DNA of 64,000 bases from Octopus vulgaris (lineage: Eukaryota), in the NCBI GenBank assembly GCA_951406725.2, contig OX597836.1:14136001-14200000 (forward strand), in the 5' to 3' direction. Positions 53,995-64,000 of the stretch are shown here, piece by piece. Position 1 is the stretch's first letter, and each line of letters begins with the position of its first letter. A program made the position numbers and the translations under genes. The notes beneath the pieces are model-generated. The model was not told the origin of the DNA. It worked only from the letters and a program-made list of their open reading frames with translations, and ran no database searches.

Positions 53995-54105
53995 CATCCT
54001 CTATGTCTGCATATATATACATATATATATACATACGTATATATATATATATTCACGTATATATATATACATACATATATATAGATATATATATAAATAT
54101 ATATG

Positions 54106-54320
54106 ACTATGTATATATCTATCTGTATTTATATGTACCTTCAACCCTTCATCTATACATAAGCATGTCTGTATCACTTTGAGACATACGTACATATACA
54201 CATACATATATATATATACATACATATATATATCACTATGTATATATCTATCTGTATTTATGTGTACCTTCAACTATACATAAGCATGTCTGTATCACTT
54301 AGTGATATACGTACATATAC

Positions 54321-54345
<25 letters not shown>
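54106..54345 (+). repeat. About 130-bp tandem duplication in microsatellite context
   Basis: CTATGTATATATCTATCTGTATTTAT..TAAGCATGTCTGTATCACTT occurs twice. Confidence 0.8.
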
Positions 54346-54357
<12 letters not shown>

Positions 54358-54665
54358 CATGTGTATGTATATATATATATATATACACACTCACACACAC
54401 AGAGACGTACATATAAAGCTAACAAAAGCGTGGAACGAATAAGAAACTAACATCTCCCGCCATCCCACCTTCGCCCTATCGAATCCATTCACCCACCCAA
54501 CACACAAAAAAAAGCCCACATTAAGAAAGTAAATAACTAATAATAATAATAATCATCATAATGAATAATACTTTAAACAACAAAATTCCAATTAAGAGGG
54601 AGCACTTCTAGCCATCCATACATATACATACATATATATACATATACATATATATATATATACAC

Positions 54666-54699
<34 letters not shown>

Positions 54700-56819
54700 G
54701 TATAATTGTATATAAATATGGAATGAATGAATGCGTGATCAGGAGAGACATATGTTATGGAAGCAATCAAAAGTGACAGGATCAATTAAGGGAATAAATA
54801 TGTGCATATATATAACGGTTTGTTTTTGTTTTTTTTCTGAACAATACCTTCAAAGTCATCTTAACTTTCCACCTCGAGTGAAACGGGAAGTCCAACACAA
54901 GGCGCCATCATACAATGCTTATGACGACACGGATAGCTCGACCAATCAGAGCTCGCCGACTGGTTCGGTAGTGGTGGGAAGGGGAGGCAGATGATGGGTT
55001 TTAATGCGTGTATGTGATACATATTACGTGTACGTATGTATGTGTGTGTGCGTGTGCGTGTGTGTGTAAGTCAGTGCGTGTGTGTACACATATATATATC
55101 TATATACAGATGTGTGTGTGCTTGTGCTTATGCGTGTATGTGTAAGTCAGTGCGTGTGTGTACATATATATATATATATATATACAGATGTCTGTGTGTG
55201 TATGCAAACATGTGTGTGCTTAAGTATATGTAAGTGATGCATGTATGTGTATGTGTGTGTTCGTGTGTACTTATATCTTGTGTTATATTTGGGGAGTTTA
55301 TGTTATATATATTTATTTTATATATATTTGTTTCTTCTTTTCATTGATTTTTTTTTCTCTTTCAACAGACTTCCCTTCAGGAACGAGGCTGGTTATATCA
55401 GTTCACTTTTAGTTCTCTTAGCAATAGTTCGTCGTTATTCCCTGTCACACTTACCAACATATATATGTGTGTGTGTGTGTGTGTGTAAACCCACATATAG
55501 GTGACGTATAACATGTGCGTTTTAGTATGTATATGTATCACCTGTAGGGCCCATTTTTCTCTCTGCAGGTATATATGTAATCATGTATGCACGTATGTGT
55601 GTACAAAATACACACATACACACACACACAAACGTGGATGTAATGTATGTTTGTGTGTGTCTATGTGTGTGAGAGAGAGAGAGTGCAGTACTTTTATGAC
55701 ATAAGTTCAGTCGGTACATTGCAGTGGTCTAGCTGAAAACATGACAACCTCACTGGTGCTGGTGTCAGTATGGTTTGTAAAGCAGCCAGTGTCGAGGTGG
55801 GTATCTGGCTGTAGAAACCAGTTGGAGAGAGAGAGAGAGACATAATCCTTTGACATGACCAGGAGACAGTGACAGAGAGTAAGAGCCGACTTGGAACATG
55901 ATGTCCTGTCCAAACCATGCCAATCTGGAAAGCCGATGTAAACTGGTGACACTACAAATGATGATGAGGATGATGATGATGGTAATGATAATGATGGCAA
56001 GGCGGCGAGCTGGCAGAAACGTTAGCACGCCAGGCGAAATGCTTAGTGGTATTTCGTCTGCCGCTACGTTCTGAGTTCAAATTCCACCGAGGTCAACTTT
56101 GCCTTTCATCCTTTCGGGGTCAATTAAATAAGTACCAGTTAAGCATGGGGTTGATGTAATCGACTTAATCCCTTTGTCTATCTATGTTTAGGCCCTTGTG
56201 GGCAATAAATAGATAAGAAACATTAGAATGCTGGGCGAAATGCTTAGCGGTATTTCGTCTGTCTTTATGTTCTGAGTTCAAATTCCACCAAGGTTGACTT
56301 TGCCTTTCATCTTTCCGGGGTTGATAAATTAAGTACCAGTTGTGTACTGGAGTCAATCTAATTAACTGGCCCCCTCCCCCAAAATTAGAAAAGAATAATA
56401 ATAATGATAATAATAATAATAATTCTTTCTAATTTTGGCACAAAGTGAGCAATTTTTGTGTAAAGGGGGTAAGTTGATTATACTAACCCCAGTACTTGAT
56501 TGGTACTTTATTTTATCAATCACGAAAGAGTGTAAGGCAAAGTCAACCTCAGTAGCATTTGAACTCACAACGTAAAGCCAGCAGACGTACCAATAAGCAT
56601 TTTGTCTGACACTTTAACGATTCTGCCAGCTTGCTACCCTGGGTCATCATCCTCATCGTCATCGTTTAATGTCTGCTTTCTGTGATGGCATAGGTTGGAT
56701 GGTTTGACATGGGGCTGGCTAGCAGGGAGCTGTCCAGACACCAACTGTCTGTTGTGACAAGGTTTCTATGGCTGGATGCCCTTCCTAATGCCAACCACTT
56801 AAGAGACTGTGTTGAGTGC

Positions 56820-57745
56820 TGTAAGTATGGATATGAGGTTATAGGTGCTTGGTATCAATATACACCAGAAAACATAATGGATGAAAAAAGGAAGGCAAAA
56901 ATCCTCAGGGATTTTGACTTCCAGACAGACAAGGCATTAGAGCATCGAAGGCCGGATATAGTAACATTTAGGAGGGACAAACAAGGGTGCCTAATTATTG
57001 ATGTTGCAGTGCCATCATCATCATCATCATCATCGTTTAGCGTCCGCTTTCCATGCTAGCATGGGTTGGACGGGTCAACTGGGGTCTGTGAAGCTGGAAG
57101 GCTTCGTCAGGCCCAGTCAGATCTGGCAGTGTTTCTACGGCTGGATGCCCTTCCTAACGCCAACCACTCCGCGAGTGTAGTGGGTGTTTTTTACGTGCCA
57201 CCCGCACAGGTTCCAGACAGAGCTGGCGAACGGCCACGAACGGATGGTGCTTTTACGTGTCACCGGCATGGGGCCAGGCGATGCTGGCAACGGACACGAA
57301 CGGATGGTGCTTTTACGTGCCACCGACACGGGGCCAGACAGAGCTGGCAACCGGCCACGAACAGACGGTGCTTTTACGTGTCACACGGAGATCAATATAT
57401 CATCATGAAAGAAAGAGAAAATGTTGATAAATATGGAGAGCTGAGAATTGAGATTGTTAAGATTTGGCAGCTACGAGAAGTGAACACAAAGGTTATCCCT
57501 ATTGTCATCAGAGCACTGGGTTCAATACCACCCAATCCGAAAAAAAAAAACCCCTGAAAACTTTAGAAATACCCTACTATCTGGGTGTATTGCAAAATTC
57601 GGTGTTATTTAGAACTGCACACATATTGCGTAGAGTACTGTCTGTCTGAGGTCCTTGTTGTGGCTTGACAAACAGTACAAAGCCCAGATAAACACAATAT
57701 CTTCAATCAACAATCTCACGATATTGGATACTGTGCGACATCTAT
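56820..57745 (+). pseudogene. R4/Dong-type non-LTR retrotransposon 3' end (restriction-like endonuclease domain)
   Basis: KILRDFDFQTDKALEHRRPDIV..LIIDVAVP|GDQYII.KERENVDKY..VIPIVIRALGSI..TAHILRRVL*; 3'UTR runs into (TAA)n. Confidence 0.85.
57013..57384 (-). mobile_element. SINE family B inserted into the endonuclease coding region
   Basis: Splits DVAVP|GD. Confidence 0.85.
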
Positions 57746-58016
57746 AATAATAATAATAATAATGATAATAATAATCACATTCTATTCTACTTAAGGCACA
57801 AGGCCTGAAATTTTGTAGGGGAGGGGTTAAGTCAGTCACATTGACCCCCAGTACTTGACTGGTACTTAATTTATTGACTCCTGAAAGGATGAAAGGCAAA
57901 GTTGACCTCGGCTGAATTTAAACTAAGAAAGTAAAGATGGCTGAAATGCATCATCATCATCATCATCATCTATATGTATATATATGTGTGTGTGTGTGTA
58001 TATATGTGTATGTGTG

Positions 58017-58360
58017 TGAAGGTACATGGCTCAGTGGTTACAGTGTTGAGCTTATGATTGTGAGGTTGTGAGTGTGATTCCTGGTCCGGGCTGTGTGTTG
58101 TGTTCTTGAGCAAGTCACTTTATTTCACGTTGCTCCAGTTAACTCGGGCTGTAGAAATGAGTTGTGATGTCACTGGTTCTAAGCTGTATCGGCCCCTTTG
58201 CCTTTCCCTTGGATAACACTGGTGGCATGGAGAGGGGAGGCCGGTATGCATGAGCAACTGCTGGCCTTCCATAGACAACCTTGCCCGGACCCGGACTTGT
58301 GCCTCAGAGGGTAACTTTCTAGGTGCAATCCTATGATCATTCATGACTGAAGGGGGTCTC
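58017..58360 (+). mobile_element. SINE family E
   Basis: Homology to 23218. Confidence 0.8.
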
Positions 58361-58361
58361 C

Positions 58362-58395
<34 letters not shown>

Positions 58396-58547
58396 TACAT
58401 GTGTGTGTGTGTGTACATCAGCAAATACGCTGGCAGATAGGAGCCATTCTTTGTGCAGGTAAAAAACAAAAGCTTGTCTGGTATGGTCATGTTTCCTCCC
58501 ACAATTTACTGCCCCAAACCATTTTCTGGGACACAGTTATATATATA

Positions 58548-58574
58548 AAATAATAATAATAATAATAATAATAA

Positions 58575-58605
<31 letters not shown>

Positions 58606-59095
58606 AAGAAGAAGAAGAAGAAGATGATGATGAAGAAGAATTGAAGAATTGAAGAAGAAGAAGAAGAAGAAGAAGAAGAAGAAGAAGAAGAAGAAGAAGA
58701 AGAAGAAGAAGAAAATGATGATGAAGAAGAATTGAAGAAGAAGAAGAAGAAGAAGAAAATGATGATGAAGAAGAATTGAAGAAGAAGAAGAAGATGATGA
58801 TGATGATGATGAAAGAGAATTGAAGAAGAAGAAGATGATGATGATGATGATGATGAAGAAGAATTGAAGAATTGAAGAAGAATTGAAGAAGAAGAAGAAG
58901 AAAATGATGATGAAGAAGAATTGAAGAAGAAGAAGAAGATGATGATGATGATGATGAAAAAGAATTGAAGAAGAAGAAGAAGAAGATGATGATGATGATG
59001 ATGAAGAAGAATTGAAGAATTGAAGAAGAATTGAAGAAGAAGAAGAAGAAGAAGAAGAAGAAGAAGAAGAAGAAGAAGAAGAAGAAGAAGAAGAA
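58548..59095. repeat. (TAA)n then long interrupted (GAA)n/(GAT)n array
   Basis: Direct reading. Confidence 0.95.
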
Positions 59096-59537
59096 TCATT
59101 TCTACTGCAGGTGCAAGGGCCAGCAATTTTGAGTAGAGGGGGCAAGGCAATGACCCCAGTACTTGACTGGTACTTTATTCTATTGACTGTGAAAGATGAA
59201 AGGCAATGTTGACCCCAGCAGCATTTGAACTCTGAATGTAAAGAAGCCAAATGAATTGTCAGCATTTTGTCTGACCATTTTAATGATTCCGTAAGCTTGC
59301 TTACACTGGTGGTATAAACAATGATTTCAGATTTTGGCACAAGGGTCAAGCAACTTCGGGGAATGAGGGAAATCAATTACATTGACCCCACCACTCTGCC
59401 ACTAGTGCACAACTGGTACTTAAATTATTGACCTCCGAAAGGATGACAGGCAAAGTCGACCTCGGTAGAATTTGAACTCAGAATGTAAAGATAGATAAAA
59501 TGCCACTAAGCACTTTGCTTGGTGTGGTAACAATTCT

Positions 59538-59661
59538 GACAACAATAACAACAACAACTACAATAATGATAATGATGATGATGATGATGATGATAACAAT
59601 AACAACAACAACAATAATAATAATGACAATAATAATAATAATAATAATAATAGTAATAATG

Positions 59662-59701
<40 letters not shown>

Positions 59702-59830
59702 TGATGATGATGATGATGATGATGATAATAATAATAGTAATAATGATAATAATAATAATAATAATAATGATAATAATAATAATGATAATAATAATGATAA
59801 TGATGATGATGATGATGATGATGATAATAA
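59538..59830. repeat. Mixed (AAC/AAT/GAT)n trinucleotide array
   Basis: Direct reading. Confidence 0.95.
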
Positions 59831-60042
59831 AGCCTTTCTACTAAAGGCACAAGGCCTGAGATTTTGGGGTGAAGGGATTATTAGTCAATTACATCGACCT
59901 CAGTTTTCAACTGGGACCTGTTTTATTGAACCCGAAAGAATGACCTTGGTGGAATTTGAACTCAGACTATAACGACTAAGCATTTTTCCCCAGCATCTTA
60001 ATGATTCTGCCATCTTGCTGCTTTATCCAGGTAGGAATAATA

Positions 60043-60104
<62 letters not shown>

Positions 60105-60370
60105 GGTGGTGGTGGTGGTATTGATGATGATGATGATTCTCTTTCTTTCTTCCCCTTTATTTTCCTTTTTGCCATTTTTGCCTCCTATTTAAAAAAAAAT
60201 CTTTCCTCTATCTTTCTTCCCCTTTTTTTCTATCGCATGACTTTGTAAGTGAACTATCTGGTGTGTGTTTTTTAAGGGGCCTACCAATGTATACAGTGAG
60301 TTTCTTTGCCCTAGGTGTCAGGAAAACACCTGGCAAAAAATAGAAACAAAATCGAAAGAAGATGATGATG

Positions 60371-60425
<55 letters not shown>

Positions 60426-60439
60426 TGATGATGATAATG

Positions 60440-60834
60440 GTTTCAAATTTTACCACAGGGATAGCCATTTTGGAGGAAGGGACAAGTTGATTATCGACCC
60501 CAGTGTTTCCCTGGTACTTAATTTATTGACCCCGAAAGGATGAAAGGTAAAGTCGACCTCGGTGGAATTTGAACTCAGAACATGAAGACAGATGAAATAC
60601 CTATTTCTTTACTACCCACAAGGGGCTAAACACAGAGAGGACAAGCAAGGACAGACAGACGGATTAAGTCGATTACATCGACTCCAGTATGTAACTGGTA
60701 CTTATTTAATAGACCCCGAAAGGATGAAAGGCAAAGTCGACCTCGGCTGAATTTGAACTCAGAACGTAACGGCAGACGAAATACGTCTACGCATTTCGCC
60801 CGGCGTGCTAACGTTTCTGCCAGCTCGCCGCCTT
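60440..60834 (-). mobile_element. SINE family C dimer
   Basis: Head AAGGCGGCGAGCTGGCAG at 60834; body present twice. Confidence 0.8.
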
Positions 60835-61065
60835 CTACAGACAGAATATTGTCGTTGTGATAGGCGACAGTTTACGAAATTTAAGCGATATAAAAGTATA
60901 AGGGAGGTAACTCTATGGGAATCGAAGTTATTTTAGTTCCGAGTATTTGTGTGTTCGAATTCTTGTAAACTAGGAAACTGGATTTTATAACTGATACGAA
61001 TGTATGATTTACAAATATAGGGAAGAGCGTAAAATTAGAGATATATAGACACTGATAATACAAGT

Positions 61066-61645
61066 AGTGGATGCCCTGATGCAGTACCAGGCCGTGGCTC
61101 TCATAGCTTTTGATCTGAACTCATTGGAAGTGTTATCACGTACGTGGTTGTGTCTTGGTGTAAAAGATGGGCTATAGCAAATATTTTGCTCAATAACACA
61201 GATTTGCTTGTCAATTGCTTGACTTTAACCAGTTGAGCATGTCCCTTGGTGGCTGACAGTATGTGCATCTCTGATCACGAGTAGAAGTAGTCGGGGAGCA
61301 TCAGAGTCACGTGTTGAGAGGAATTTTGGGGGGGTTTGGATAATTCACCTCTGGAAGCATGGGTGTTTTGTGCTTCATCAGTAAACAACCTTCATTCGGA
61401 GACCTTCTGAATGGGATAGGCTACTCAACCAGAAGAAAATTTTAACTGGGCTCCACTTGCAAGGTCATGTGCTGTTTATCTTGATATGAGATCACCATGT
61501 GGCGCATATATGGTTGTGATGCATGTGTCTAATGTACCCTTATCAGACGGTTAGTCATGATGGGTATACTGGGCTTCGTATATTTGTACTCCAGTGTCAC
61601 TTTGATATCATGCGCTGCTCTCTTACTCACTCACTCACTCACTCA
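61066..61645 (+). mobile_element. Unclassified retroposon-like repeat with (ACTC)n tail
   Basis: Higher-GC block ending TGCTCTCTTACTCACTCACTC; single copy in this window. Confidence 0.35.
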
Positions 61646-61657
61646 ATAATAGTGATA

Positions 61658-61698
<41 letters not shown>

Positions 61699-61926
61699 AA
61701 TAATAATAATCCTTTCTACTATAAGCACAAGTAGACGTTACTGATGGAAAATCATGGCACTGTAAACATAGTAAATGGAGCAAATCTGTTCGTTACCCAT
61801 TCATTTTTTGAGAGAAGTCATATTTCGCCAGTGTGAATGTTGTCAAAAGTAGTGTAAAAAGTTGACTTATCTCCCACTTGATTTTTATTTACTTTTTTAA
61901 AAATCTAACCAAACTGAAGAATTACG

Positions 61927-62146
61927 ATCATCATCATCATCATCATCGTTTAACGTCCGTTTTCCGCGCTAGCACGGGTTGGACGGTTTCGACCGGGGTC
62001 TGGGGAGCTAGGGACTGCCCCAGGCTCCAGTCTAGTCTGGCAGTGTTTCTACAGCTGGATGCCCTTCCTAACGCCAACCACTCCGCGAGTGTAGTGGGTG
62101 TTTTTTACGTGCCACCTGCACAGGTGCCAGGGGGGTCTGGCATCGG

Positions 62147-62148
<2 letters not shown>
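61927..62148 (-). mobile_element. SINE family B
   Basis: (CAT)n end plus body. Confidence 0.8.
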
Positions 62149-62194
<46 letters not shown>

Positions 62195-62196
<2 letters not shown>

Positions 62197-62420
62197 GGAG
62201 TAAACACATAAATGTGAAACAAGGTGGAAAAAAGAGTACTCAAATACCAGTGGTAGAATAATATGCTTTATTTAAAGCAGCAGAAAATTCAACAAAACTG
62301 AGTTTCCCATTATCGTTCATCGGACAGTTTTTGCTAGCAAAACTGTCTAGTAAAAACTGTCCGATGAACGGCAACGGGAAACTCAGAGTAACTCAGAATT
62401 TTCTGCTGCTTTAAATAAAG
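62195..62420. mobile_element. Penelope-like inverted terminal pair with hammerhead-like motifs
   Basis: Arms 62266-62337 / 62347-62420; plus CCGATGA-A-CG gcaa CG-G-GAAA-CTCAGAG-TA; (TA)n on both sides. Confidence 0.65.
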
Positions 62421-62634
62421 TATATATATATGCATGCATGCATGCATGCATGCATGCATGTATGTATGTATGTATGTATGTATGTATGTATGTATGTACG
62501 TATGCATGTATGTATGTATGTATGCATGCATGTATGTGTGTGTGTATGTATGTATGTATGTATGCATGTATGCATGCATGTATGTGTGTGTGTATGTATG
62601 TATGTATGCATATATGCATGCATGCATGCATGTA

Positions 62635-62665
<31 letters not shown>

Positions 62666-62675
62666 ATGTGTGTGT
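62421..62675. repeat. (TGCA)n/(TGTA)n alternating purine-pyrimidine tract
   Basis: Direct reading; expanded internal microsatellite of a SINE A whose tail follows. Confidence 0.9.
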
Positions 62676-63251
62676 CTTTGTGTCTATGTTTGTTCCCCCA
62701 TCATCGCTTGACAACCGATGTTGGTGTGTTTACGTCTCCGTAAGCATAGAATAAGTACCAGGCTTACAAAGACTAAGTCGATTTCTCCGACTAAAAAAAC
62801 CCGTTAAAGCGTAGTTCCAGCATGGCCGCATTCAAAATGACTGAAACGAGTAAAGGAACAGAGAAAGAATGTGTGTGTGTGCGCGCGCGCGTGGTATACT
62901 TTGGTACTTGTGAGTTCAAACGCTCAAAATAGTAGTCAAATCCATGGGATAAGAATTGTGAAGTTGTCTCTGAACTTGATATACTCATGGGAGACAACTC
63001 CTTCATTAACTTTTACATCTCTGAGACGGCTGTACCACATCTCGATTGGTGAGATGGGGGTACGGTCTTTACGATTGATAAAATAAGTTATAATCGATTC
63101 AATGGATTGCAACACACTCTTCCCATTTCAATTGATAATCGACCTAGGCAAGATGTGAAAAATCTAAGCTTCGTTTCTGATTGGTTATTATGTAATCCGT
63201 ATTAAATACATCCCATGTGAATAGGACGTCTACCTTACTGGACATAGATAT

Positions 63252-63664
63252 TCTCTATAATATAAATTTGACATGGGCGATCGTTGTATTCTTTCTTGTC
63301 TCGAGGTTCACAGCCAAACAGCTGGGTGGATTTGCATGAAAAATGGCACACATGTGGAGTCAGGTGCACAGATTGGAATGCAGTTTGTAGTTTTTTCCTA
63401 ACCCCCATACTTACCGAGGAAATCGATTAAAACTTTTTCTAATGGAATTCCCCTCTTTCTTCTGCCATTAAAACAACCAGTTGCTTAAAAGTTGTTTTCT
63501 GACGGAGAGGGAGTCAAGAAATTTTCATATAGCTGGAGGCTCCAATCAAAACAGGGGACCCGAAGTGATAAGGTTGAGAAACACTATTATAGATTATGCC
63601 TAACCGAAAACGATCATAGCCACACAATCCAAACAGACCGGGTGAAACCGGGCTTAGCTGCTAG
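63252..63664 (+). mobile_element. Non-autonomous Helitron
   Basis: TCTCTATAATATAAA 5' end, CCGGGTGAAACCGGG hairpin, CTAG|T 3' end. Confidence 0.7.
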
Positions 63665-63736
63665 TATACTATAAAAGCAAGTGTTTTTAGCAATATACGT
63701 TTATACGAGATGCTTTCTTGAGACGAATACCTGAAC

Positions 63737-63769
<33 letters not shown>

Positions 63770-63835
63770 ATACGCGCGCACACTCGCGCGATTATTATTA
63801 AAATTATACGAAGGTTTTGCAGATCCTACGCAATA

Positions 63836-64000
63836 GGCGTAGGAGTGGCTGTGTGGTAAGTAACTTGCTTACCAATCACATGGTTCCGGGTTCAGTCCTA
63901 CTGCGTGGCACCTTGGGCAAGTGTCTTCTACAATAGTCTCGGGCCGACCAAAGCCTTGTGAATGGATCTGGTAGACGGAAACCGAAAGAAGCCCGTCGTA
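63836..64000 (+). mobile_element. SINE family A 5' half (runs off the window)
   Basis: GGCGTAGGAGTGGCTGTGTGGTAAG head. Confidence 0.85.

Noticed and set aside
57180-57384. CRISPR-like repeat-spacer pattern
   Set aside because: The 'spacers' are homologous to each other; internal tandem repeat of SINE B, no cas genes, eukaryotic context
58506-59850. Poly-S/F/L/H/I/M ORFs
   Set aside because: Trinucleotide arrays open in several frames; no splice or codon evidence
63146-63166. AGGCAAGATGT matches the miR-31 5' end
   Set aside because: Only 11 nt match and I see no precursor hairpin

Overview
Eukaryotic, AT-rich, repeat-saturated genomic DNA. The tRNA-derived SINE families and dense (TA)n/(CA)n/(GAT)n/(TAA)n microsatellites resemble an octopus/cephalopod genome (inference from recalled repeat sequences; no search was run). 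I can support no intact protein-coding gene; nearly all listed ORFs are microsatellite or SINE read-throughs. Supported content: five SINE families in dozens of nested copies, decayed RTE and R4/Dong-type LINE fragments, two mariner remnants, two non-autonomous Helitrons, piggyBac- and hAT-like MITEs, and three GG-terminated MITEs with perfect 8-bp TSDs (Merlin-like) within 4 kb. The most interesting signal is a set of about nine minimal hammerhead-ribozyme-like motifs in short Penelope-like termini. Most share a non-canonical CCGAYGA core, and several sit inside the internal (TA)n tract of one SINE family. Two CpG-retaining zones (about 24.7-29 kb and 48.6-55.6 kb, the latter SINE-poor) look like promoter/regulatory regions with candidate non-coding exons. 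Repeat boundaries are approximate unless a TSD/TIR is quoted.
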